DNA of 64,000 nucleotides, from positions 1,054,001 through 1,118,000 of the forward strand of contig JAYWIR010000032.1 in assembly GCA_036172245.1 (NCBI GenBank), in the 5' to 3' direction. Within the stretch, counting starts at the first letter, position 1. The number at the start of each line of letters is the position of its first letter. Position numbers and translations under genes: made by a program. This DNA comes from Raillietiella orientalis (taxonomy: Eukaryota). Under the pieces are notes generated by a model, which did not search any database, had not been told where the DNA came from, and worked only from the letters and a program-made list of their open reading frames with translations. This document shows positions 10,860 through 24,600 of this stretch, piece after piece.

Positions 10860-12910
10860 TCCCAGAGTCTGTGATCTTCGTCGGCAGCAGAGCTGTGCGG
10901 TCGGCCTGCAAACAGGAAAAGCAGAACTCGGAAGGGAGAGGATGGCTGGACGCCGTCCTCTCGCCGAAGAAGGGCGGATGTCGTTCAAACATCCTTCCTT
11001 CTTCGCGCTCTACAACGGGGGATGGAATGCCAGTGACAGTTTCACAGTGATTTCCAGCACGCTGCCAATGTCGGGTTCCCCATCTCCTCCTTGTTTATCC
11101 CAGCTGTTTAGTCTACGCACGTGGGATGCTCACAAAACTGCGTGGTCTCTTTTCCATCCATAGAGGTCCGGGAACGTGCACTATTGGGAATACGCGCGTT
11201 AGCCGCGAGTGTTAAGACCGATTCTCTTCGGGATGCGGTTCGGAAAGACGGCAGGATTGAGGCACCTCAGAGACCTTGAACTTGGTAGTTGTCAGGAATC
11301 TTTCGGAGACTCCAGGAGTCCTCCGCTCACAGAGGGCGTTCTCTGGGTTTAGAATGCACAGGTCATGGATGACAGGAGCATCGGGATACTACCCTTTCAG
11401 CTCTCTCATGAGCAAGGTGCATGAAGGATTCGCGAGGGAGAGAGATCCGAAGGGCACCCAAAGGGAGTGCTGACCGAACAGCAGGGTCGCTCCGCCTGAC
11501 TTCTGCGGCGAGCAGCGAGATAGACAGTTCGTATCCCTCGCTCTCTGGATCCGTGGCGGGCGCGTTTCGGGGTGCTGGTGGAGGAGGCGTCCGGGTTACG
11601 GCGCGCCCTCCAAGGAAGGCACGTTCCTCGTCAACGGGAGCTTTCGGTCACTCACGGCCCACGCAAAGAAAGAGGAGGGGACTTCCGCATCGCGGCGGGA
11701 AACTCCAAGCTCCTCGACGCTGCCTGCTAGCAGGGTCGCCTCGAGAACTCTTCGAGCATTCCGAAAGAACGCTGTCCAGACTGCGCGAGGCGGTCTCTCC
11801 CTCCTGACAGCCCGGACCGCGGTCTGGGCCGAACTGCCCGGAAGGAAGCTCATGGGCTGACCCATGTATCTCCCTTTGCTCCGAGCGCAAGTGTTCCCGC
11901 TGCGTGCGACGGTATTGCCTGGTGGAGGGTGGCGGGCATCTTCACCGAACTGCTCGTAGTCTTTTGCGCTCTTCGCTTGATTGACTTCCCCGAGGACGCT
12001 GGCGCTTCGTATTTTTTTATGAAGCTCATTCTCATCAACGTTTACTACTGCACGGGATGCTGTGCATCCATTACTGAGTACATATTTTGCATCATGGAGG
12101 GCACGTCTCCAGCCTCGCTGCGTTACGTCGCAGAGCCAAATTTGAGGCCAGCAGGCTGTCGGTCTCTTAGCCCAAGTACTACAAGAAGTATCAATCAATG
12201 TTCTTCTACACGGCTGAGGAATCTGTAAATCCAGGTGAGTCCAAAACTCCTTCCGAAAGATGTAGTTATGGATTCTGCACGAGATGTTATTGGAACGCCA
12301 GGTGCTGGACAGATGCGTTCGACAGGACGACTGCGCGGTTAAGTTGCAAGAGGACGCCAGCACTCCCCCTGCGGCCGGACGCGGAAGCGGCCAGCTTCAA
12401 GGAGATGGGAGGCGTCACCACGAAACTGCTCGTCTCAGGGACTCAGCTGCTCCTTCCCGTCCCCTTGGCGAAGTCGGCGCACTTTCCCGGTTTCCAGCGG
12501 TATGCCGGCGCCTACGCCTCGTCGTCGAACGGCGCTCCCGGGGATTCCGGAAACCGTTCGAGAAGGGGTTCCGGAGTTCTCGCCATCACTCTGCATTCGT
12601 GTCTCCCCTTCGGACGAGGTGGCATCCCCCTCGCCGGAGCGCCCGATGAATTTTTCATGTGCAGCACGGGGCTGAGAAGAGCAACCCATGCTCCTGGGGT
12701 CTGCTCCTCCGCCGACAAGGCAAACGCAAGAAAGAGAGCGCCCTCTTTCCTTTCCGTGTCTCGGAGCCGCAACGCATGGCTCCTGGAAATATAAATTATT
12801 CCTTGTTTCCGTGGAGTTCCCTCAGGTTTTGTTGACCTTCCCGCATCCTTGTCTCCGGCCACATGCTTGGGCATCACGCGAAGGGTTACTAGCTCGTCTC
12901 ATACAGAGGG
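10860..12910 (+). pseudogene. Decayed LRR-coding block
   Basis: CLSQLFSLRTWDAH; HLRDLELGS; AGAFRGAGG; PRELFEHSERTLSRL; DAFDRTTARL; AASFKEMGGVTTKLLVSGTQLLLPVPLA. Confidence 0.7.
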
Positions 12911-12959
12911 CGAGGCGAGGAAGAGGGATGGGGAGGTGACGTCAGAGCGGCGCGGCATG

Positions 12960-14350
12960 AAAGGTGGAGCCGCAAAGGGGTGGATGCCCTCCCACGTCCC
13001 AGTCAAACTTGTGGGAGGGAAGAGAGCTCGTGCTTTTTTTTCCTTTCCTTTGGAAACGTGCAGTCCAGAAGAGAGGACAGTGTGGACAGCTTCCGGTCTT
13101 CTGGTGGATGCTGCAAAGGCAGAAACGTTCCTCTTCCGGGCAAATTTTCTCGCTGTGGCGGAAGGGAAAAGATCGTTCCGGGTCACCCAACCGGGGCTGG
13201 TCAGGCAGCATCCCGAGCCACTGGGATCCGCGGTCATCCGAAGTACGAACAACGGGCTCGTTCCAACCCACTGGCTGGAACGAGCTCGAGACAACGGAAC
13301 GACGCCCTGAGGCGTAATGTCATTGCAGAAGTCGGAAGAGGAAGGGGCACAGATACTTGGAAGAGATGGATAGCCGCCACTTGTCCCCGGGGTTCTTCGA
13401 AAGTCGGCATCACGCGGGAATTCAGGAACACCGGGATGCGTCAGAGGCATTCGAGCCCGTTCAGACGCAGCGGGAATGCCTGTGCTCGGAGCTAAAGGGG
13501 ATGTCGAGACGCATAGGGTGGACCACGAGCGTCCTTCTGGGCAGTTTGGAACGGCGGCACAAACCTCGAAGCAATCCAAACAAAGGTTTTGGTAGACGTC
13601 TTGGACTGCCCAGAAGGGAGACCGCCTCGGGGGCACGCCAGGATCGCCTCCCCGGGGGAAGCCCCAGATCACAGGGATCCAGGTGCCTGACGGAAACGGC
13701 TGCCGAGGTTACAGCGTCACCGAGGAGGAAGGAGACTCGAATGCGACCCCGGTTTCGCACGACGCGCCCAGAGTGATCTGCGACGGAACTGGGGGCGTGG
13801 GTCGTCGAACTGTTGCTGCCCTGCCTGGGACGCTAGCAAATCCCTTGGGCACACTCGGCGAAGTTCCAGCCAGGGGAAACGCCCCGCGACGAAGGTCACT
13901 CCGGCACCGAGGAATCATTGACCGTCCTGGGCAAGAGGGCGGGAGGAGCGTTGTTATCTCCGCATACGAGGCGAGCCGGAATCCCGCCGCCTTGCGTGTG
14001 CCCGCAGAGAGTCATGGGCGGATGGGGTTCCGTCCTGGGTGTCTCGTTTCCTCGGAAGTGGGAGCCACCTCTCACGGCCGAGGTCTCTTTCGCCTCGGGG
14101 CGGCCGAGCCGCAGCCATGCGATCCGAACTGGAAAATCTGGGCAAAGGCGTCTCCCAGGCCACCGCCGAAGGAAAGAGTATTTCTGCTGTGGTGGTGGTG
14201 GGACTGCTGCTACCGACCGCCATTCCAAGTCGGCAGCAGAAGCACCGAAGGGGTGCGGTCGGATGCAGCCTCTAAGCCTCTGTCAGCTTCCGCCAGCTCT
14301 TTCGAGCGGATGTTCCGCGAGACCCGGGCCGCGCGCGTCGCAGGTAGGTG
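12960..14350 (+). pseudogene. Decayed LRR-coding block
   Basis: AETFLFRANFLAVAEGKRSF; NNGLVPTHWLERA; LRRNVIAEVGRG; HLSPGFFE; SEAFEPVQTQRECL. Confidence 0.7.
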
Positions 14351-14899
14351 AGGCAGAGGAATTGGACCGCAGTGCGCGACACGGCACTGCTCTGTGTCGC
14401 GGCAGACTCTCTCTCTCTCTTTTTGGTCCTCATCCTTCCCCCCTTTCCTTAGCCGGGACGCGCGATCTCCCCGGCGACTTGGTCTCTGATCGTCGTTCAG
14501 CCTACTCTGGGGATGTTCCGCGGGAGCGCGCGAAACAAGAGCGCCGCGGTTCCGCGAGGCAGCGCCTGACCGTTCGCGGCGATCGGCGGTGCTTCGGGAG
14601 GCCATCTCGGAAGGCATCTCCCCCTTGCCAGAAGCGTGACGGAACGGAGCCGCCTGAGCAACGATTTTCCGCTCGCGCAAGGCAAGCGAGCCTTTTTTTT
14701 TTTGATCTTCCTCTTTCTCTGGACGCAGAGGGGAAGAGGGAAGGCTCTGCAGTGCTTAGATCCGGGTCGTGCCGCAGTCTTCCCGGATGGAAAAGCAAAA
14801 AGGAGAAAAAAATTTTTTTTCCTCCGTTTTTGTCCCTGAAAATTCCCTGCCTAGTTCCCTGGCAGGCTGTTTAAAATCAGCGGAGGACAACGGAAATGA

Positions 14900-16500
14900 T
14901 TTATAGATGCGGAGGATGAGATTCCAACATCCCGTTTCATTGGGTTGCAGGAGGCAGAATTCGCAATTTCAGGAGGAGCCAGGAAGAACCTGCTTCAGAT
15001 TTCCGTGCCGCCCTCGGGATATCATAAAGGGAGGCGCTGGCTCCCGGAGCGCGTTATCCCCCGACGCTTTTAAGGTTTCCGTAGACGACGGGAGAGGAGG
15101 GAAAAAATGCATCTTCCGTGAGAGCGCATCCGGAAAGATGACGGTAGAAATTTCCTTGAGGAGGGGCACACGCAGGGACCGCGACGAGCCACTGCGCTTG
15201 GCCTCCTTCCCGTGAGAGGCGCCGCTTTCCGCTGACGCTCGGCCGACCGTCCAGCATGCCGGAGACGCGCGGGGTCAGCTCTTCGCGGCCGGACGTTCCC
15301 CGCCGTCCCCGAGCGGCGTAGACGTGCCTCTGCCTTTCCTCATGCGGGAGACCCTTCCAGAGGTGCCAGCCCAACCTCTGGAAGAAGACAACGAGGTCAA
15401 GAGCCTCGCGGACCACGAGCTCTCTCCTGGGCAGCTCGGGACGCGAGACAGACCGCTGTGTCGGGCTGCCCCGAGACGTCCGCCCAGAACTCGAACAGTC
15501 CGGGAAGAGGTCTGGACTGTCCATCAGGGAGACCGCCTCAAGGGCAGGACAGGACTGCTTTCTGCATGAAGACCCAGACAACAGGGATCCGGGCGTCGGG
15601 TAGAAACGGCTGCCGACGTCATAGCGCCACCGGGGCGGAAGAAGACTCGAATGCGACCCCGGGTTAGCAGTCGCAGCGGCTCTGGAAGAGGAGCCGCTGC
15701 GACGGCGCAGGAATGCTCGGCTCAGCTCCAAACAACTTCTTGCGCAGGAAAGGCTCCAGCAAGAAGAAGACGTCGTCTGCAAAGCAGGCACTGAGTTGCC
15801 TTCGGCGTCCGAGGTCGCGCTAGGGGAGGGAGGAGAGCAAAAAGTGGTGCCGGAAGGGGACCTTTGAAAGAGCGACCCCTCTCGGGAGTTGCGCCCACCG
15901 AGCGAGTGCAGGCAGTCTCCAGGAAGCGAGGCAACCCTGTACCGTGCGCCTCTGTTCTTCCGGAAAAGGTCGCACCTCGTCGGACCGCTTTCCTCAGAGC
16001 GCTACGGAGAATGTTCATCTTGGGCATCATGATGGAGAGGATTTTCCTCAACTTTCAGGATCCCAGAAGTATTCTTTCAGAGAGAAGCGCGCAGGGATGC
16101 TGCGATTCCCTGCCTCTTCCTCCTCGGAAAAACGTTCCTCGAAAGACTAAAAAAAAGAAGCCTCATGCCCAAAGTATTTCATCCCTGATGGACCAATCTA
16201 TTTATTGCGTCCTTCCTTCCGGTTCTGGAATATTCTGTTGTCGATTTATCGTCAGCTGGAGATAGGGATAAAGGAATCAACATTACGAGAGGTATTCTGG
16301 AAAAGCATCCGCCCCGATGCATGTGCAGGGCAAAGGGCTGCGTTGTCATGGTGAAGGGAAGGGAGATTTCGGGAAAACTGTCCGGGACTGCTTTTACGCA
16401 ACAGGAAACGGCGTCAGAAAATGACCCGATATCCGCACCGGGTGCGTGCCTGGAAACCTCCATCAAAAGCGGAAGAACATCGTGGGGACCCACGCGAATA
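14900..16500 (+). pseudogene. Decayed LRR-coding block, paralogous to 12960-14350
   Basis: ALSPDAFK; LPEVPAQPLEEDNEVKSLADHEL; LRRMFILG; KLSGTAFTQ. Nucleotide similarity of 15411-15660 to 13521-13750. Confidence 0.65.
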
Positions 16501-16989
16501 CAGGGAAGAACGGAAGAGAAGGGGAGACTACACCGATACCGCACGAGCAGCGGTCAGGAATCGCGGCGCAGGACGGATGCGGATCGAAAGTTTCGGGAAG
16601 GTTTCGGGAAGCGAGCGAGAGAGAGAGTGTGAGAGAGAGAGAGAGAGGAAGAGAGGAGGCTCTCTCCTGCGCAGCGTAGCGCAGGGAGAAAATCGCCAGC
16701 CCTCCCCCCCTCACTCCCACCAGCCGAAATCCCGGATTCTGTGACTCGGAAGCAGGAGCGACGGGAGCATCGGAAGGACCGAGGACAGGAGGATAGGAAG
16801 AGGCGGGCAGTCCGAGTGCAACGCCGTTCCCCTCGCCTGGGACCGCACAGAAGCCAGACAGCTGGCAAGAATTTTTCCTTTTTTCCCTCATTAGCAGGTG
16901 CTGGGGGATGGGGAGGGACAACCGAAGCGGAGGGACTTCTTTTGCGGGGTTACACAAAGGAAAAAAAAAGAAAAAGAAAGAAGAAACTC

Positions 16990-19900
16990 TCGAGGAAGGT
17001 TTCGAGAGATCTTGCAGGATTCTTTCACGCGCGCACTCGAAAGAACAAAGGCAACTGGTGAATGGCAAGAATGCAGGAATGGGTTCAATAAGGAAGAGAT
17101 GATTCCCCGATGCATTTCGCGCAAGCAATGCTGCGGAACCATCATATCATCATCTGCAGTTTGCGTTCCCTCGGCTCCCTGAATACTGGGAATACTTTAC
17201 ACTGTCTTCCCCGGTGTGAAGGAGGGAAATGAGTTCGGAAGAACACAAACAGTAGCCGTAAGAATGAAGAATGCGAGCCAGGCGGCTTCGAACTTCTGGA
17301 ACGGGAAGAGCTCGCATCCCGGCTTGTCATCTACTTCAAACAGCTGACGCCAATGAGGAATGTCATTTCATTAAAGATGCGAGACTCTGCATGTGAAGAT
17401 CATTAATAAGAAATCAAACGGATCGGTCTGTTTTCTGTACCGTGTTTGCTCCCTGCTTCCCCCGCAAAGATCGAAAGGCAGGGAGATCACGACGAAGAAG
17501 GAAGCGTGCCGGCAGGGAGACGGGGAGATTTGGTTTCCAGGTTCCCTCCCCCCCGCCCCCCATCCACCCGTGGAAATCGGACCCCTGGCCATTTCCATGT
17601 CTTCTCGAAGGGCAAACTCCTTCTTCCGTTCCGTCACGGGGAAATGTGCTGCAGCCCGCGGCGGTCACTCCCCGGGAACATGATGCTCTCCGTCGTATTC
17701 GGAGCTCCAAAAATGGCGCTCCCTTCAGGGAGGCAAGTGCGCACCTTGTGTGCCACCTGACGCTCGCGTGCCTCCCTCGCCTCGTCTTCCTCCACAACAG
17801 CACTTGAGTCCAGAAGAACAAGAGCACGCGATTGCTACGCTCCCGTAACACTCCCACGTTCCGCAGAATCCGACGTGTGCAGCTGGACCCTTGCTGGAAC
17901 ACTGCGGCTTCGAATGACCTCAAGGTCCCACATCTTTCGCTGATAATGGAAGCGGCTTTTTCTTTCGAGGGTTACCCTGGAGCGGTGGGTGGTTTCATTT
18001 GTTTTGTCTTGTTTTTTTTAAAAGGCCAGTAGCGACCTCATGGGGAGGTCTTTGCTGTTGGCCTTGGATGATGAAAATCCTTTTGAGTTCTTCGGCTTTC
18101 TCTGCTTTCCTTCTGGATTTACTTTATTCATTTTTTTTAGAGCTTTTTTTTTTCTTATTTTGGTTTGCTAAGTATTGAAAAACCGTTCGCCCGAGGGCTC
18201 ACGAAGTTCTTTGACTCTGCCCACGACCACCCGAGGGTGCGCGTAAGTCTTCAAGTTATAGGAAGCAATCCCGTAGGGACCACTCTATGAATCCAGGAAG
18301 GTTCCTGAGGAAGGGGTCTGTTCCTCGCACTCGGCAGTGGAGCCCTGGAGGGAAGCTCCTCCTCATTCTCTCCGAAGGGGACCACTCCTCATTTCACCTC
18401 CTGAGGGAACTCTCTGAAGAGAATCCCGAAGGGACGCTTACACATTTCTCTGAAGGAGGCTCCCCGAAGGGATCTTTTTTGACATTCTGGATAGGCAAGT
18501 TCCTGGCGTCATTTTCGCCACTGGACGGGGATCCCCGAAAGATTCCTGGAAGGAGTTGCCGAAAGATCAACTTCGTATTACAGCCAGTCAACGGGGCATC
18601 CGGTTTCCGGTTTCCACCCGTCCTGCACCCGAATAGGCCAACCAGCGTCATCTTTGGGGGAAAGGGGGGGGGAGGGAGAGGATCTCGAAACCAAGGACGA
18701 GCTCGCATCCCGTGGCCGCTGATGCTTTTTTTTTTTTTGTTTTTTTCAGAAGAATAGAAAGTTTCGTTCCGATTTGCTGCACTGGTTCGCTGTCGAAGAT
18801 TTTAATCTTCCCTTCAGGGCGCACCCATTTCTCGGCGTCGATCCTTCCCCGAGAGGGATTCGAACCCGCGAAGCTCCGTCGCAGTCACGGAGGCTGCAGC
18901 CACACGGTCTCCAGTGCGGGTTGTGTGGTTGGTTCCCTATATGAGGCACGCGAATGCAGAAGCATCTTCATCGCTGCTGCAGAGTGGGAATCCTTGCACT
19001 CCTGTTTCCGCCTCCGGACCCCAGCGCGTTTGAGGTCGAACCTGTCTTTTGGTACGGAGAAAATCCGGCGACACCGGGAGCGACCGGTGTTTTCAAGCGT
19101 GGGCCCGCGAGATCCGTTACAGCTTATTGGATCCGTGGGTTTCGTCATGTAAACCGAAAACCGTTTCCAGGATCCACTCGCTTTCCGTGCGATTTTCCGA
19201 TCGAGTGCATCCCTGGGAAAGCCGATGCTGGTAGCGACCGCAGGAATCAGCAGATTTTGGCTGCACAAATACATCAGTGGAATGGAGGTCGTTTCTTTCC
19301 CGAAGCCGTGCTCCGTCTTGCGGACAAGTCGATAGTGATGCCCAGCCTGCTTGTCTCGCTGTTTCCGGATGACGTCAGATGCTCGTTTCATTCCGGCTGC
19401 TTGCAGCAGGAGGAACCACGAGGCGCTGTGTTTTCGGATTCCAGCGCCGCTTTCCCTTCCTTCCTTCCGCCGTCCACTCTTCCTCCGCTGGACGAGCGGT
19501 GGTCCACACCTTTCACGGGGCCCCCTCCCACGGGGTTGCGTATCCGAAGAGCCTATCTCTATCTCTTGCACACTCCGCTACGTTTCGAGATCGCGTATTG
19601 CCCAAGCCCGAAGACACCTGAAACGCATTCTTCACCTGCACGGGCTGGTCGGGGATGACCGGTCAAACCAGCGGTCGTGTCACCGTAAGGAAGATCATCT
19701 TTTCTTTTCGAGGCGGAATCTGCCTTCTTCATTCATCCTTCCCAATTAGCCCACTCTCCACAAGGTCAATGCGTCATTGTACAGTTCGCCGGCTAGCAGC
19801 TGACAAGCAATTTCTTTTCTTCAAGTGCGGAAGCGCTCGGAACGTCTCCCTCCTGCGACCAATCAATCCGGGAACCTGTGTTCCCTTCTTCGTGGGGCCG

Positions 19901-20480
19901 TTTGTGGCTGAATTATCGTAGAGATTCGCTTTTCCGCATCTGGTCGGAAGCATCTCTTGGCGAGGAAGAAGCGCGGCGCTGCCCTCAGCCCTTCGAGCGA
20001 TCGGGTCGTCACGCTTTGTCCTGCTTCGCTCTTGCTTTTCACGCTCGTTCCCTGATCCCGGAGAGACGCGCGCATCCTTTCAACCCTCCCGACCGCATCT
20101 CCTCGAAACTCCTCCGAAGCCGCTCGGCGCACGCGACCTCGCGGAAGAGGCGGCGACTTCCCCGCTCGCCTGCGGCCCCGAGCTTTTCCCGTTGTTGGGT
20201 GCACCTTCGAGGCGGGGGAAGGTCGACGACGGTTCGATCCAGGAAGTGCAGCAAAGATTTGCGCTTCCTGCGAGCGCGATGCGCGCGACGCGTATCGGGA
20301 AGAGCGCTCTGATTCGCGCAGAGCCGCTCGGCCTGTGAACTCTCGCTGGTCCGGGACTTCCGCGTTCTAATGCTCCAATTGCCTCCAGCGGACGCCGCCT
20401 TTGATTCCGCGGATGGCCCATCTTTCTTCTTGCCGTGGGAGAGATAGAAAAGTTCCTTGATTTCCATGTTCCGTTCGCTT
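16990..20480 (+). pseudogene. Decayed LRR-coding block interrupted by SINE copy 2
   Basis: FREILQDSFTRALERT; FKQLTPMRNVISLK; LACLPRLVFL; HLSLIMEAAFS; FFPEAVLRLADK; LRPINPGT; RLWLNY..RIWSEASL. Confidence 0.65.
18144..18920 (-). mobile_element. Long tRNA-derived SINE, copy 2 (near full length, with A-tail)
   Basis: B-box GGGTTCGAATCCC on the minus strand at 18867-18855. The 3' end reads ..GGTTTTTCAATACTTAGCAAACCAAAATAAG(A)n. Contains a nested insertion at 18726-18811. Confidence 0.85.
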
Positions 20481-20634
20481 TCCTTTCAAGTGCCATCAGA
20501 TAAAAGAGTCCTTCTTGTTACATTTTGCAGCTGCATGATGCATCACTTGTTGTTTTGTGGTCCAAACTCTTAACTTCTTCCCTTTTAGAGTCCCTTTTCT
20601 TGTCGTCGTCGTTGCTGTTTTTTTTTTTTTTTTT

Positions 20635-21680
20635 CCAGAAGAATCATTCGATTTGCTGCAACGGTTCGCTGTCGAAGAGTTTAATCTTCTCGGACGCATC
20701 TCACGAGCTGGAAGAGTCCACGCTGAAGTTGACAAATCGCCCAGCGGGTTCACGTGTTTGCGAACGTGAGGAAAGAGAGGTGAAGAAGAAACAAGACTGA
20801 CTATGAACGTACAGATGGAGCAGCAGCTGAGGAAGGACGCCTTACTCAACGGCTCGTGAGATTCCCGCGGAGTACGCGAGTTTCGTGGACCACCCCATCC
20901 GCCCGCTAACGGGTTCACGAGGACGCAGCCACAGATCTCGGGTGGCGGGAAAAAACTCTGGTAGAGGCTGGGAGCAAGTGGTTCGGGCCTGCATGAGAGG
21001 TCGCGTTCCTTCCCCCCTCCTGGCACGGTTGACATGATTTCCCGCGCGGTTTCCCGGAGGAGCCGGGAAGCAGGCAAAAAGTGTCGGGAGGAGATTTCGT
21101 CTCCCCAGAGCCTGGAGGGGAGTGGCCGGGTGGGGTTTGGATTCCCCCGGATTCTCTCTGATTTTCCGCTGGATGGAGAGGTCGAAGGGGTCAGCACGCG
21201 GGAAAGCCCCCTCCGCACGGAAGCTTCGAGGAAGCCACCCCCACGCGAAGATTTAATGAAATTCGGATGGCATTCAGTCGGAGCGCTGAGAGACGGGAGA
21301 CCGCAGCATCCAGGCATGCGGATGCGAAGGCGGGGGGGGGAGGGGGCATTTTTCGAAATGCGGCAACCGAAGCGAGATCGGAAGAGGTTCGGGAGCGCGC
21401 GCGGCAGGTTTTGGAGGATGAGGAGGTTTTCATCTGTCGCTGGAATGAGGGCGCCGCGGTTCCATGATCTGGGAGGATTCGTGGTCACGAGCAACTCTGG
21501 GGATCCGCTTGGTCGAATCCTCCGCAAGGGTTGGCGCGATGAAGATGGAGTGGTTACGTTTGGTTCCGGGAGTTTCCCCGGAAACGGGATCGAGGTCCAT
21601 GGAGGCATCTGCGACCCTGTCCTCTCCACCACTTGGGGAGGCACTTGAACGAAGCTGCGTTCACCATCCCGGGGACTCGA
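20635..21680 (-). pseudogene. Decayed LRR-coding block ending at an A17 tract
   Basis: WTSIPFPGKLP; PLRRIRPSG; NLLILQNLPRALPNL; RIRGNP..RPLPSRLWG; EPLAPSLYQSF. T17 at 20618-20634. Confidence 0.6.
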
Positions 21681-21689
21681 CGGGGTGAT

Positions 21690-24600
21690 GGATGAAAGCG
21701 GAATCTTTCGGTGTTTCGTGACGCACGGTCTGCTGCCGCGGCCATCTGTGATCCCAGCGCCCGTTCGCGTCCGCCCAGATCTTGCAGCCGCCTCGAGGGA
21801 GAATCGTCCTGAAAGCCCCTGCCGTGGTCAAGATATCCATGAGCGCACCCGGATTCCCGGGCAGGTTGAGCAGGTGAAAGATACGCACCGGCCGCCAAAA
21901 AAAAAAAAAAGGCGAATGGCTTCCGGGCATGGGGAGCCATTTGCTTTATTTTTTATCTTATCGTTTTGCGCTGGGAGAACAGTTGGACGGACCACGCCAA
22001 ATGCACGCAGCACTCGAAGGACACTGCCGGTCTCCGAAGAATGAAAGCCAGTTGACGACGGAGCCTGCATCCTGCGCAGAAACGAACTCGGCCATCTGCA
22101 TCTCTTCGGTGTTGTCCGGAAGCTCTGAGACGAAAGATCATCTCCTCCCGCCTCCTGAGATCGCGCGAGCCGGTCTCGTCTTTCTGTGGTTCCGAGGAGC
22201 GCGAGATCATTAGCCAGATCTTCAAACAAATTAGCGATCTCTCGTGAGCGAGCCTTCCGGGAGGTACCCAAACGGAGCGCAGGTGGCATCACATTTCAAG
22301 CGCGCGACCACCCCGTTCCATCCCTGTGGACCAGCAGTTGGGTAAGAAGGCCGTCTTGGAAGTGGAGTCTCCGGCGTTCCCGAGTACCACCGGCAACCAC
22401 AAGTTTGACTCAGAGAAGAATTGAGCTCGAAGGGGATTGGTCAAACGTCCGCAGGGGGCGCGCGGGTCTTCCCCCCCTCCCCCTCCCCTCCCCCGCAGCT
22501 TTCGGCTCTTGCGGGATTCCGTTCATTCGCCCTTCGCGGAGGTTCCCTCGGGCCAATCGAAAAAGCAGCAGGCCGTGGCCTGGCGACCAGCAGGCGGACG
22601 GCCCTGTGAATTTATCAGGGTGGTCTCTTTTCCGCTCCGGCGACTTCGCGTCCACCGGGACGACCACGTGGATCTGCTCACGCTGCTTTCCCGTCTCCTC
22701 CGTCTGCCGAACGCCTGCTGCTGCTGCCGAGCTTCAACCCATGCCCTTCGGTGCAAAGGAGCGGCCATGCTGCGCCCGCGTGCGTCCCTTCGAGCGTAGA
22801 CGAGGCGGGAGTGGGCGAACGGAGCCTGCGGACGCCGCGCGAAACGCCTAACGGACCGCCGAAACGAAAGCGGGGAACCTTTCCCCGGAGGGGGAGGGAA
22901 GGGAGAGGAGAATTTCCAGTTGGAGAGGGAGTCGGGAGACTGACGGGGAATGTCCAGAAGTCATCATTTTCCCCACGGTTGCAACGGGACGTCGTTTCCC
23001 CGAGAAGAGGAGACTCTTCCAAGAGACCGGCGAGCGGGCGCTCCATGTGAGCGGCTGCGAGCGGCAGGGAAGGCGGAATCCGTCCGCGACCCGGCTCAAG
23101 GACGCCAAGGTGTGGCCGCCCCAAGGAAGAGGCGACCACTCTTGAATCGAGGTGGGGGCGAAGGGGAGCAGAAGACGAGTGATGTCACGGTTCCTGTGTT
23201 TCGGCGCAGCTCCGCCGGCCGCGTGATCCCCCCTTGCAGTGAAGAACCTCCCGGCGTCCGAGGAGGCTCGGGAACGGAAGGGAGAGAGAGGAACGAAGGA
23301 TGCTGCTCCGCTGCTAGACGCCGCGCTCGCCCTCCAGCGGGCCAGCCTGTTTGCTTGCAGTTCCTAATGCAGGGCTCTCGCCGCAGACGCGCTGGCGCCG
23401 GGTTCCCATTCGAATACCCGGCGGGAGGAAACGAAACCGAGGTTCCCGGCCGCGAATCCTGGGAAACGAAGGCCCGAAGAACTGACCACCCGAACGTTCC
23501 AAACGCTTTGGTTTGTTCCTGGGAGAAGGAGAGGAGGAGGCAGCGGGACTCCCAAAACTTGGAAGGAAAAAAGATTCCCAGTTTGGGAAGTCCCGCTGCC
23601 TTCTCCCCAAGTACCATTATTATTCCGTTCTAATTAGGGGTGCCAGATTCCAAGTTTGCGAAAGACGTCGGGCGGCTCCGCCCACAGCTTCCCGCTCGTT
23701 AGGGAGAGGCGAATTTTTTTGAACTGAGGGAATCGAACGGTCTCGCGCGTCGTCCATCCCGGCCGTCAGGAAAAAATTGCACGTAGGGACTCCCTTCCCT
23801 TTCCCGGATTCCCGCGAACGTGGTCAGCGGCGGGCTCGGAAAGCAAGGCTTAGGGCCGAATCCGCTCCCGCGGCGACCCGGGTGGCTCCGTTTCCGGCAA
23901 AGAGACGGCAGTTTCCCGTCCGTTTCCAGGTTCCAGGTTCCCGCGCGTTCCCCGGAGGCGACGACGACAGCGCACTCCGAAAGCTTCGGACTCCGTGTCC
24001 TCGGGGCAGCTGCTCCGCCTAGCGAGAGCCGAGGTGCGGCCTGACTTCCCGCGTTCCCCTCCCTAACGGTCAACTTCCTTCGCCACTTGGTAGTTCCCTC
24101 AACCTCGCTCCAGGACTCGGGATCTCTCAAGATTGCCTTCCCTCGGCGAACCGCCCATTCTTCAGGATTCCTGGCTTCTCGGATGCTGACGCTCCCTCAT
24201 TTATGACGGGTGATAACAAGGATGACACGAAACTGCTCCGCTGTTAATTTTTCGGATCCTCCATTTGCCTGGCAACCCATCCAGAGGGGAAGCCATCAAA
24301 AGGGCTTTGCGTATACATCGGCTGCCCCGGCTCGGAAACCGATTCCAAGAGTTTGGAGAAGAGGAATGGCCTCTTTGCTCGGAAGAGGCCATTCTTCTTC
24401 TACTTCGGAGAGTTGGGAAGAGGAAGATTCTCCCCGAAGACAGGCCGGATGAACGAAGTCTGATCTTCTTCCATAAACAGACACACGTTCCAGGCGAAAC
24501 TGCCCTGCATTAGGAGAGCAGCTCCGTGGAATTCGTGTTGCAGCATCCATCATGGCGTGCGCTTATGGTAATGACTGTGGCATGCAAAGTCTGGGATGCG

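Noticed and set aside
12171..12234. Plus-strand micro-exon PKYYKKYQSMFFYTAEESVNP with AG and GTGAGT sites
   Set aside because: No partner exons were found, and it lies in an LRR block where another frame reads QVLQEVSIN.
17120..17200. Trypsin-like CCGTIISS
   Set aside because: No AAHC or GDSGG motifs follow.
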